Below are positions 12,711-57,317 of a stretch of 64,000 bases of DNA, one piece after another (the stretch's first letter is position 1; each line of letters starts with the position of its first letter). Location of the stretch: contig CM035359.1 of NCBI GenBank assembly GCA_020137815.1, forward strand, positions 558,001-622,000, given 5' to 3'. Origin of the DNA: Hormiphora californensis (lineage: Eukaryota > Animalia > Ctenophora). The translations under genes and the position numbers were made by a program. Under the pieces are notes generated by a model. It saw nothing but the letters and a program-made list of their open reading frames with translations, was not told where the DNA came from and did not search any database.

Positions 12711-12740
12711 GAGAGGGGGAGAGAAATAGAGAGAGAGAAG
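12445..12740. repeat. (GA)n microsatellite
   Basis: Visible. Similar tracts at 13758-14103, 42577-42671, 43005-43090, 43395-43530, 45013-45145, 45490-45610, 45780-45845, 46480-46600, 51485-51640 and 52200-52330. Confidence 0.95.
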
Positions 12741-13751
12741 GTGAGCAAGAGAAATGAATTGATATGACTGATGTGCATGAGAACTGACTCTCCATGATCA
12801 TGGCATCTTTGGTTAGGCCCAACTTTTCAGATCTGCTAGCTGCATTTTAGGATCTCATTGACATGTTACACTGTTTCTCTCTCACTGGCATCATACTAAC
12901 CCTTTCTGCTGATCCATTTCTATCTCGGTTCGCTCAGGCGAGCGAAGCGAGGTGAGGCAGGCATTGCCATGACAGTTATATCCCTAGCTAAAGAAGTTGC
13001 TACGCAACTCAATCTCCCGTCTGCTAGGATCTGAGGGGCAGCCTGTCAGAGAGATCGCTATCAGCGAGTCCCCATCTCTGTTCCCCTCCCTCCCCCGCTG
13101 GGATCGAATATTATGATAGCAGAGAGATTATGAGCATAAAGTGACATTTGATAATGCGACGGCGAGACCACTACGCACTCGATAATTGATAATGGCTGGG
13201 ATGTCACATTTCTCGCATATTTGACGCATATCTGACGCATTTTTATTAGTTTTTGGTTTGATGATATCTCTGTCATGTAACGGCCCTTATTGAAGCGATA
13301 TGACGGCAGTTCAAATTACAATCTACCTGCTGCAGCTGCACAGCTGTAGTGATGTATGCTTTATTATGTACTTTATAGCGAGTATATAACAGGCCACTGG
13401 GACCTAATTCTTAGCTTCTGTTTTCAGTGTCACATGTCTAGTTCAAGCTACTTGGCGACCTGATCTTAGCGCATAAAACGGGGTCCACACCGCCAGACAG
13501 AGTTGTACATAGTGAGCAGTTGTAGTAATAAGTAATAAACTGCATTTTTGAAGCAGGCGATATGAAATTTATCACGTCAGGTGGGCAAATATCAGTTGGG
13601 TGATCCGTGATATTTGGGCTAGCTCTGGGGCTTTGTGAAGGGTAGTGTTTTTTAGCTTCAAACTGCAGTGTAGTGTAGTTCACATGGTGTATATGACACA
13701 GTGCGTAGTCAACTACAATATGATTGCATCTGTAGTTATACAAATTAGGGC

Positions 13752-13802
<51 letters not shown>

Positions 13803-13838
13803 GAGAGAGAGAGAGAAGAGAGATCGAGACAGGGAGAG

Positions 13839-13943
<105 letters not shown>

Positions 13944-13951
13944 GAGAAGAC

Positions 13952-14027
<76 letters not shown>

Positions 14028-14043
14028 TAGAGAGAAAGAGAGA

Positions 14044-14106
<63 letters not shown>

Positions 14107-14214
14107 ATGTTTATCATGCTATGTAATTGCACCACTAGCACTGAGTCTAAAGATGAATGTTTTTTGTTTACTCCTATCCCTCTTCAGCTATAGTTGAACT
14201 ACTTCGGTTTGGGG

Positions 14215-14780
14215 GGCAATTTTGCATTTGCGGGCATCGCACTATAGACGCAGTACCCACGTACTATAGACGCATTATAAACCCATTATAAACGCATTAT
14301 AGACGGCATTATAGACCACGCAAATATAGACGCAAATTTACGAGCAGCACTATAACGCAATGTAGACCGCATTATACAGGGCAACATAAACGCTTTTTAT
14401 AGACGCGGCGACGCAGTATGTATGCGCATTAATAGGCGCACTACCCACCCCAAAATCACCTTATGACGCACTATAGAGCGATTATAGACTGACTATAGCA
14501 GCACGATAAACGCTACTAGACCCATATAGCGCATGATAAAGCATTATAAACGCAAATCGCTTTTTATAGACGCCGCGTCTATAAAAAACGTGCTTTTTTA
14601 AGAAGCACTATAGACGTACTCAGACGCACGCTGCGATATTTGAGGCGCAGTTGGGCGAACTATAAACGCATCTTTGTCGCATATAAAAGGAAGCAGTATA
14701 GACGCATTATAGACGCATTATAGCCGCATGTGAGCGAAATCGATAAAGACGCAATATAGACGCAAAATAAGAAGGAGATC

Positions 14781-14828
<48 letters not shown>

Positions 14829-15859
14829 AGGGAGGGAGGGAGGGAGGGAGGGAGGGAGGGAGGGAGGGAGGGAGAGGGAAGGAGAGGGAAAGAGGGAGAG
14901 AGGGAGAGAGGGAGGGATACAGAACCAGATCAGATAGAGACAGATGGAGAGATGGAGGGAGGGAGGGAGGGAGAGGGAAGGAGAGGCCGGAAAGAGGGAG
15001 AGAGGGAGGGATACAGAGATGCAGATGCACAAAGATCTGAGACAGACGGAGAGATTAAGATGGAGATCAGAGATTAAGATGGAGAGAGATTAAGATGGAG
15101 AGAGAGGGAGATAGTCCGTCCATCTCTGTCTTTTTCTGTCTCACTCCGTCCCTATCTCACTCTCTCTCCATCTTACTCTCTATCTCCATCTTAAACTCTG
15201 TCCGTCTGTCTCAGGTCTTTAAGTTTATCCATCTGTCTCTGTCCCTGTATCCCTCCCTCCCCCTTTCCATCTCCTTCGCTCTCCTCCCTCGCTCTCCCTC
15301 TCCTTCTTATTTTGCGTCTATATTACGTCTTTATCGATTTCGCACACATGCGGCTATACTGCGTCTATAATGCGTCTATACTGCTTCCTTTTATATGCAA
15401 CAAAGATGCGTTTATAAAACGCCCAACTGCGCCTCAAATATCGCATTGTAGCCTGGAGTACGTCTATAGTGCTTCTTAAAAAAGCACGTTTTTTATAGAC
15501 GCGGCGTCTATAAAAAGTGATTTGCGTCTATAATGCTTCTATCATGCGTCTATATGGGTCTATGTAGCGTTTATGGTGCTGCTATAGTCAGTCTATAATG
15601 CGTCTATAGTGCGTCTATAAGGTGATTTTGGGGTGGGTAGTGCGCCTATAATGCGGCTATACTGCGTCGCGTCTATAAAAATGCGTTTATATTGCTGTTA
15701 TAATGCGTCTATATTGCGTCTATAGTGCTGCTTACGAAATTGCGTCTATATTGCGTGTGTCTATAATGCGTCTATAATGCGTTTATAATGCGTTTATAAT
15801 GCGTCTATAGTACGTGGGTACTGCGTCTAAAGTGCGATGCCCGCAAATGCAAAATTGCC
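14215..15859. mobile_element. Mutator-like foldback element, long TIRs with TATAGACGCA sub-repeats, 9-bp TSD, copy 1
   Basis: GGTTTGGGG|GGCAATTTTGCATTTGCGGG ... CCCGCAAATGCAAAATTGCC|GGTTTGGGG. A second copy lies at 54210-55882. Confidence 0.9.
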
Positions 15860-16498
15860 GGTTTGGGGTATATTGCACGTTTTATGTTCATGTTACGTAA
15901 AAGTAACAACTAACAGTAAATGCTATGCAGATATTACAATTTCATTATTTATAAAGGATATCATTATCACTTTGTTTACAAACCCTTTTTATATTTTATA
16001 GGAACCATGAGAGGGTTGAGAGGGTCAATATTCGTTTGCAGCTGCCCCTCTAAAACGCGAACTATTCTCTATCTCCATCCTATCTATTTGTTCTCTGTCC
16101 TTCCAAAGCTACAGCTGCTAGGATACTAATAACTATATTTAGTTGTTGAGTAAGGGGTGGAGAGAACAACTATTTAGTGAATTTTTATCGACAGTAGTAT
16201 AAGGCACCTGTTCGCGTTACTCGTTCCTCTCTTGTCAGAGCATTGCCCTCACCCTATTCGTGCGAGTACAGTGGTCAGAAACATGCTGATATATCCCAAG
16301 ACCCATTATGTAGTTCCATAGAGTTCCATTTGCACTCCCATAGTCACTCAGCATTGTCAAATAGAATTTACCTAGAATGTTCTAGTGTATGTTCTACCTA
16401 TGTTGTATACCGGCATGTCGCCAGATTCTCATTCTCAGACAATATATACTGACCATGCATTGCCAATAACCATTAACCCACCTCTCCCTTCCAGCAAA

Positions 16499-18928
16499 AT
16501 GGCTGGTGGTGATGGTCCCTCTGACCCACTATTCTCTGATCCAGAACGGGTTGTCCTATCTCTCTCTATCATGCTCTTTGCACTGACCGCCACCTTTGGG
16601 AACCTCCTCCTTTGGGTGTCAATACTGTGTAACAGGAGTCTTCAGAGGGTCAGCAACCTGTTTATCTTCAATCTTTCCGTCACTGACATGATAGTAGGTG
16701 AGTGATGTGGTTGTAGTTGTGAGGGCTGCAGTTGAGCGGGATGGTTCCTTGAACCATAGTTTCAGAATTGGGTTCAACTAATTACTGGTTCGAGAATATG
16801 GGCTATACATTTAATTAATTAGCCACTAATTAGTTAACTAATTATTTAATTAATTTTCTCCTCCCACTAGGTGTTTGGAACATGCCCATAACATTTGCCT
16901 CCCTGGTTGCTAACGCTTGGCTACTTCCTGATTGGGCCTGCAGCTTCTCAGCCTTCATCGATAACACCGTCCTTTTCGCCAGTGTCTGGACTGTAGCCGT
17001 GTGCAGTTTTGACAGGTGAGAGAGAGAAAGAGAGAGAGGGCGTGTGATCCACACTGCCGTATGCAGCTTTGATAGGTTAGGGTATGACTGGGGCGGTTTG
17101 AGATCTTCCCCTATGATAACTCGGCTACCTAACCCCCTCCCCACCCCTCAGGTATTTTATGTTGTGTCGACCCCACAGCTATAGATCCAATATGACCAAG
17201 AGGAAGGCACTTGTAATGATAATCCTGGTTTGGGTGGTCTCCTGCTGTTTCACCGTTCTGCCTCTATTCAATGTGAGTCTGCCAGGTGCCAATGCTCTCA
17301 CAGATGTGAGTTTGACCCTGGTCTGATTCAAAATACAAGTCTGACGGCCGGTGTCTCCATTCAAAGTTTGAAGGAACCCCAGCACAACCCCAAAACAACT
17401 TAAAACCAGAATTCGCTCACAGTCACACACCACACTTTGCCCCCCTCCAATTTCAGTTGAAGTTTGTGTACTATGCGTACAGCCCGTACGCGTTTAGCTG
17501 TGGTTTAAACTGTGATTCGAATGGTTGGGGATTTGTCTACTGCACTGTTTACACCTTTTTCTTCGTGCCTCTACCCCTCGCCTTCATAGTCTTTTTCTAC
17601 GTACACATTTTCAGGGTAAGGAAGAGAGAGATATAATAGGGAAGGTGAAATGTAAGAGTGGAGAGGGACATCAATTGTTCATTTTTCAATTTCTATATGT
17701 ATAGCCAAGCTTTCTGAAGGGAAGTCCAACTAGAAAACTCTTTCACCCACTCCCCTCCCTTGGTGACATAGACACCGTGCGCGACCAAGATTGAGCTCAC
17801 ACACATGTGCATTGTGCGAGCTCGATCTCGGTCGCACTAGGTGTCAATGTCACCAATCCCCTCCCCTAGGTGTCCCAGAAGCACGGTAAGAAACCGGCAG
17901 GATCCACTGCTGCTGGCGGGGCGGCTGGAGGGGGAGAAAAGAAGGGCTGCAAAACCCAGAACAATCTCAGGGCTGCGCTGATGATATTAATTATCATCGG
18001 AATGATGATGAGCTGCTTGCTTCCAATTTCAATCCTCGGTAAACATGATATTTTTAGTATTGAGCTGATCACCTTACCAATTGGGAGTACGAGTTATGGG
18101 TGCCATTACCTCTAAGCATCCCTCTATGTTCGTGAGAATCTTCCGAAGATGGCTGCATCGCAGTAAACTCAGCTCCTAATTATCCATTAATTATCCTAAT
18201 TAATTAATAATTATCTCCCCCAGGTATGTACTCTTTTATCACTGGATCCACCGCCATATCTTACAAGGTCTTTGTCGCGTTTCAATGGCTCCTTCTGTTC
18301 AACAATGCCGGTACGTTTTGTCATGGTGATGCCGGATAGAGCATGTTACCATGGTGTTACTGTTGTATTGTTACTCTTTGGGGGAATAGTCGTGCCTGAA
18401 TCCCAGGTTCAGGTCACGACTGTTTCCCCCATAATTGCCTTGTTCGACCCTTTCTAGAACAAAACCAGTAACTCTATAAATAAAATGAAATACTTGATTG
18501 ACACTATCGTTTGTAAGAGGTTACTCTCCCATCAATCTGTCAGGAATGTGTCAGTTTAAGGCAAAACTCTCCCTTCTCACCTTTCTTCTCGAAGGAAAAT
18601 TGACAATCTGACATCGCATTCCTTCCCCCCCCCCAGTTAACCCAGTTAATATCCATCTAACCACTCCTTCCCCGCAGTTAACCCACTCATATACGGAGTT
18701 GTTAACCCAGTGTTTCGAAAGGCCTATAAAAACACAATCGACAAAATGCTGCAGCACATTGGGTTTAACAAAACCCCTGTTATAAGAACAATAACCACCA
18801 AGAAAAGGAATGACCTGGATTCCAAGAGTTCCTCCTCTCTGGATGACCTAGGAAGAGGTGGAGGAGGAGGAGGGAAGAAGGGAAACAAGTCAACTCAGCT
18901 GTCGGGAGGGAGTTTGGAAAAACAGTAG
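16499..18928 (+). CDS. Class A (rhodopsin-like) G-protein-coupled receptor, 7 exons
   Basis: Exons: 16499-16697, 16871-17015, 17152-17272 (or 17305), 17457-17615, 17870-18038, 18224-18310, 18678-18928. Motifs: TM1 GN, TM2 NLSVTD, Cys at the start of TM3, DRY split by an intron (SFDR|YF), TM4 W, TM5 P..Y, TM6 CLLP, TM7 NPLIY, helix 8 FRKA. Confidence 0.92.
17279..17303 (+). mobile_element. 25-bp degenerate micro-element inserted at a GPCR splice donor
   Basis: CTGCCAGGTGCCAATGCTCTCACAG flanked by ATGTGAGT (17271-17278 and 17304-17311); the TSD contains the GTGAGT donor. Confidence 0.8.
17760..17856. mobile_element. 97-bp MITE, TIR TTGGTGACAT.GACACC, 9-bp TSD
   Basis: TCCCCTCCC duplicated at 17751-17759 and 17857-17865; sits in the polypyrimidine tract of GPCR intron 4. 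Confidence 0.8.
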
Positions 18929-20416
18929 ACAATTGAACTGCTATCCATGTTGGTTATTTATTATCCTGAAAAGTGAGATATATATTTCATCCAAGAGAGC
19001 CACATACCCGGGTACTTTTTGTAAGTTGGTCTTTATGTATAATGGCAGAGGATAGACAGGGTTCTGAGTCAACCATTTGATTCTCGGTCCTATTAGGACC
19101 ATGCATATTAAGACTTCTTCTCGGTCCTATTAGGACTCTTTCTCGATCCTATTAGACAGGGTTCTGAGTCTGACGTAAGAGCTTGAATGATGTACTAAAC
19201 AGAATATATTTACTAAATTGTACTAAACTATGTATTACTAAAACAAATGTCTGCTGAGTAATTGGCACTATCACTAATTACTAATTGATATGTACAGTGT
19301 ATGTCTATGTGTTATCTAAACCATATTAATTGTGTTAACGCTGTTAAAATTAACGTTTATTACTTTGTACTGAAGACCGAGGAATATCAGGGGGGGGGGG
19401 TAACCTCTTTGACAGTTTTCTACTCAAGGTCAAGTTGAAGGGATACCATGAATTCATCATAGCTTTAATGCAGTGTGCCCACATATCATATTTCTACTAG
19501 CCACCAGGAGGTAGATGGGGCATATCACTGTCACTGTGTAAGTAGTGTAGAATTCGTTCTGCTATTCGGTGGGTCGTGGTGTATTTACTTTCTAGTCTCT
19601 GTAGCCATGCTCCAAAAATTCGGATACAATGACAGGTCATTGTACGGCCGGCCTCTCACCTCTGCGTAAGTCCATGCAGTGCATAATTTATTAAATTATC
19701 ATGCTATCTGGTACCAGCAGAAAGCTCTATAAAGATGTTGTCACGGTTGTTGTCATGGTAACACAAACACTAGGTTTCATAGTATTATTGTTTGACATGT
19801 TCCCAGTCTGTCTTCGGCCCGGTGTGAGCTTACTAGCCAAATGGACAGAATGCGTAGCATGGCAAGATCATTGTGCGCCCTTTGCTTTTCACAAAAGTGT
19901 GTAACTTTCTCCTGCAAACAGTCATTCGATTACCATCTCTGCATCCTTCAAAACATGTCTCCTGAATTTTGTCAAGCATCGAACTTTGAGTCTGCTTGTG
20001 CTGTATAACTATATTATAAGGTGTGATCTTGTTCGATTGTCTCTGTTGATTCTTCGTGTATCATGTCGTGTTGAGTCTCACCCCTCAACAAGTCGTGTTG
20101 GAGCTAGTGGAGGTTGATGTCTTGATGTATTGTTGGGTTGTCCTTTGGTTTAGCTAAACTAGGTGTTTTGCCGACAGGGTGTGTGTGTAGGAATAGTGAT
20201 GCCAAATGTAAGCCCGTGTGAGGCTATATTACTACTCGTGATGAAGTCTCAAGTAATAGTCGCTTTCCTTTTTGCGGTTGCTTTGTAGTTTGTACTTTTT
20301 GTAAGCACCGGTCGCGGGAGTAACTGTGAGTGTGAGCCTAAAAACCTATACATTTTTCGTCATCTTTTTGCTGATCTTGAGTTAAGTTCCTTTCTCTTGC
20401 GTTGTATGATCGCTAG

Positions 20417-21090
20417 TAAACCCACTACCAGTAAACCCACTCTTAACCCACTCTAAATCCACCCTAAACCCACCTTAAACCCACTTTCAACCCACTCTAA
20501 TCCCATCCTAAACCCACCCTAAACCCACTTTAAACCCATCCTAAACCCACTTCAAACCCACTCTAAACCCAACCTAAACCCACTTTAAACCCAATCTAAA
20601 CATGCTCTAAATCCACCTTAAACCCACCTAAACCCACTTTGAACCCACCCTTAAACAACCCTAAACCCACACTAAACCCACCCTAAACTCGATCTAAACT
20701 CACTTCAAACCCACTCTAAACCCAACCTAAACCCACTTTAAACCCACTCTAAACATGCTCTAAATCCACCTTAAACCCACCCTAAACTCACTTTGAACCC
20801 ACCCTAAAGCAACCCTAAACCCACCCTAAACCCACCCTAAACTCGATCTAAACCCATCTCATACCCACCCTAAACCCACTCTAAACCAACTCTAAACCCA
20901 CTTTAAACCCACTTTTAACCCACTCTAAACCCATCCTAAACACACTCTAAACCCATCCTAAACCCACCCTAAACCCACTTTAAACCCATCCTAAACCCAC
21001 TTCAAACCCACTCTAAACCCAACCTAAACCCACTTTAAACCCACTCTAAACATGCTCTAAATCCACCTTAAACCCACCCTAAACCCACTC
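20417..21090. repeat. Degenerate ~11-bp tandem repeat (TAAACCCACYY)n, telomere-like composition
   Basis: Visible array with some higher-order duplication. Confidence 0.9.
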
Positions 21091-21118
21091 AAAGTAAGCC
21101 TGCACTTTGTAACAGACC

Positions 21119-22591
21119 ATGTCGCCGGCGTGTGGTGGTGATTGTGTTGATGTTGACTGCCTGGTTGATCAGTGTGACATAAACACATTCTGGGAACCCA
21201 GGATCTCCAAGGGATTGGCCTACTTTCTTGCCCTCGCTCCTCCCCTTGTGTGTGTTCTGGTGTACACAGTTGGGATCTGGAAGGGAGCTCACAGATTCAT
21301 CAGGTGACTTTTTGTAAAGAATTCCCCCTAGCTTCCCGACTCAAATAGAAACTTTTAGTTTCTCATAGCTCCCGCTTCTACGTAAACTTCTCAATCTTTA
21401 CTTCTAGAAGCTCGAGAGAGATTCTCTATTCTGACACGACCCATCCCACTCTCCAGGTGTTTCAAGATCTTCCGATCCCGAATCAGCGACATCCAATACA
21501 AGATCCGATGCTGCGGGAAATACTGCCTCGTCTCCTCCCTCTTTAAACAACTCAAATTTGTGGCTGCATATCTGTCAGTTCTACCTCTCATCACGATCTT
21601 CTTGGATATATTCGACATTAGTGCTGACTGCTACTACTTTTATAACTTGGAAATGGGTCACAGTGATCTCCTTGATGATAGAATAATGAGGAATGGCACG
21701 GCTGTCAATCTAATTCTCCTGTTTGCCGCTCTGGGTGTTATTAAATCACTGACTACAGTGGCACTGATCTGGGAGGCGATAGATCTAGTGGCTGAGAAGT
21801 TAGAGAGTTTGTTAGAACTTCCCATTGTTAATGTTGAGAAACTTGGAGCCAGGAAGCTGGTACCTATAAACCGGGGTACTCCAAATAGGTTTCTAGTTGT
21901 CGAGACTACTAGTGCTATTGTACGTGACCCGTGTGAACCTGATGTGATGACCAACTGCAGGGAAGCATATGTGGAGAATAGGAACATTTTGGAGTCAATT
22001 AGTGCCAAAAATCTTGCCAAATTTAAACCCCTGATCCTCATATCTGGTCTGGTTTTAGAGGATGCTGCGGAGACTGTGCTGGAATATTTCTACGTGGACA
22101 TGTATCTACAACAGAAGAACACCCTGGTTATAATAAATGCAACCCTGGTTGCCATAGCAGCCACTGTATCAGTCCTAAAAGAGCTCAAAAACCTAGCCAC
22201 TTCAAAATCAGCTGTACGAGATATGTTTTATAGTCACTCCGAGAGTTTTGCATGTTTTGTAACCCTTCTTCTCTACCTCCCTGTCGTCTCAGGGACTCTT
22301 GGACAAGCGATGAGAGCTTATCTGACATGTGATCAGAGTTATAGGGGGACTATCAGACCGGAGTGTTTTGAGGTTGAGGGTGGAGCGCTGATTCAATTAC
22401 CGTTTAGTTGTGCCCGTGGTTCTGAATGGGTCATGTTGGGCAGTATTGGACTCGGAGTGGTCCTCGGACTGGCCTGTTTGTTGGTGTTTCTAGGAGTGAT
22501 GTTACACAGGAAGCTGTGTGGAGGCAAGACTGCTGTGCAGCCAGTGACCATGGTTGAAGAGGTTTCAGTAGGCGCCGCAAACCCAATCTGA
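21119..22591 (+). CDS. Uncharacterised multipass membrane protein (possibly distant XK-related family)
   Basis: Exons 21119-21303 and 21457-22591 join in frame (AG|G) with the 343-aa ORF. Several hydrophobic segments with intramembrane acidic motifs FLDIFDISAD and LVLEDAAE. Confidence 0.7.
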
Positions 22592-23178
22592 GCAGGAGAT
22601 GGAGAACATGAAACCCCGGGCCAGACTGGACCGAGAGATGGAGAATCAAAACCCGGGGCGAGATCTGAGGCTTGAACAAGAGATGGAGACGAAGACAGAC
22701 TGTAGTACCGTAGTACCGAATGTGGCAGCTTGAACATTTGAGAGAGTCACAGAGAGACAGAATCAGCAGTCAATTAGAACCACCTGATGCCAATGAATGA
22801 GGCCAGAAGTAAATGTGCTGCATGATGTATACCGACTGTAGCAATAGCAGCTGGTCGATTTTATTGAGGGAGATCAGAGACATTGAACGAATCTGGAATC
22901 AATGAAAACTACCACCTTGGCACTCAATAATCTCGGGAATAACAGCAGATCGAAATAGAACCAGCTGTAACGAAGTTACCCCTCCCTTGCCGGCGCTAAT
23001 TGCCTACTACACCAGATAGAAACAGAGCGGTTTGGGTTGGGATAAAAACATTAGTTAAACAAATACATCAACATTTTATTCAACATAAATAATATATATA
23101 GCACAACAACAAACACTCCTTGTCAGTGTCCGATACCAACTATTATAACAGTTGCCTACTTTTTTAGTCTCCCTCACC

Positions 23179-23370
23179 CTGTCTGGCGGTCGACCCGATC
23201 TAAGCGCACTGTCGCCCGCTCAGATTTGAGAATCAAATTGGGGCCTGGCGCTGCCAGACAGGGCCAGACCACGTTTTGATTCTCAGATGGGGTCCGCCGT
23301 CCAGACCCCGATTTGATTTCCGACAGTGCGCTCAAATAGGGTCGGCGGCGCCTGACAGGTGTCGCCAGAT
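23179..23370. repeat. ~190-bp imperfect palindrome (MITE-like)
   Basis: CGACCC..GCGCACTGTCG versus CGACAGTGCGC..GGGTCG inverted arms; no clean TSD. Confidence 0.5.
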
Positions 23371-23687
23371 ATATAGAGGGAAACTGGTGACTTGCACAAC
23401 CACAGTATTACTCGATATAATAGTTCGGGTACTAATGATGATGGATACTAAATGTTATGCTAGTTTGAATAACTCTCTTTCTTAGCAAATTATATCAATC
23501 TTTTTCAACTTAATTAAATCTTTCCTTAACAATAATTTACTACGTAATAAAACATGTGTACTATTCTTTTTTAACTGGCTTGTATAAGCTGCATTCAACC
23601 AAATGTCAATGGTGTTTAGAATCAACCCAATTAAACCAAAACTAATTTCAAGACATCATTTCTCTTCATCTTCATCTTCAGTCTTCA

Positions 23688-23719
<32 letters not shown>

Positions 23720-23757
23720 ACGTCACGGTCAACAATATTGTTCACTTTTCAAACATT

Positions 23758-56261
<32,504 letters not shown>

Positions 56262-57120
56262 GCTATGGAGTAAATATTATAAACAGAGAAGTGGATGACA
56301 AGGGTCTTATTTAAACTGTAAGATACGAATATATACAGGAACGTAACCACTTAAGATAATCAAACATATAGCTAGGCCTGGGGGAAAGGGTAAGGGCTAG
56401 CAAGGTGGAGCGGAGTAATCTATTGTGCAGTAATCAGAAGTGAGAAACTAGTGTGGTGGCCTGGGTTAGCTCACGAGTCTTATCAGTCTGGGAACCGCAC
56501 TAGCTGGGGTTTTAACATACATGTGACCTTTACTTAGAATTATCATCGATTGTATGACATAACGTTTAGTTAGTTTCGCTTACCACTTATGTTAGGTTGT
56601 CAAGTTAATCAGCACGTGATTACCTGGCTGTGAAAGTGGATATCAAAATAGAACTTCTTAAGTTAACGCTTAACAAATTGGTGTTCCGTCATATTGGCTG
56701 CCCGTAGAGCGCCGCAAAAGCGTTGTCCAAGTCGTGAAACGTCCAAGACGCACAAAAAGCATTCGATATCAGTAGAAATGTAAACTTGTAAACGTGTAGA
56801 TTGCGTCGTTGGACAATTCTTTGGGCAACACTTTATGACGGAGCACCACTGTAATGAGCAACCTTCAAAATGTTCAGGTCGAGCACAGCGTTTCCAGTTT
56901 TGACCAACAGAGCAGCTCCCGTCTGGCGCCTCCTGCGCAGCGGTCATAAGAACTGCTCTGAGCAGTGATTGTCTAAACAGGTCAGGTGGTGTAGCCTGAA
57001 AATCTCATTGACCCATACAGCTACAGGCTCCAGGGCCCTAAGGCCTAACCGGGGCAGAAGAGGAAATTTTGACGCCGAGCGCCACAAAAATTTTGACAAC
57101 GCGAAATAGGGATCCCTAAT

Positions 57121-57317
57121 AAAGTTGTGACTTGTCACCAAACATGTGGTTCCCGTGGCGGCGCGGCTTCAAAATGCGCGATTGTAACTTGTCACCGCAT
57201 GGTTTACGCCGCGCCGCAGCTACGCGCAGTGGGAACCACGTGCGTTTTGGTACGCGCACACGCGGTGACAAGTCACAACCGCGCCTCCGCAAGACTACAG
57301 TGACAAGTCACAACTTT
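57121..57317. mobile_element. 197-bp MITE, TIR AAAGTTGTGACTTGTCAC, apparent AT TSD (ISL2EU-like)
   Basis: The empty site GGGATCCCTAATGAGCATACTCGG is present on the minus strand at ~63005-63030. Confidence 0.75.

Noticed and set aside
19480-20400. Coding-like fragments on the minus strand
   Set aside because: Short, interrupted frames with no recognisable domain; possibly a decayed element.
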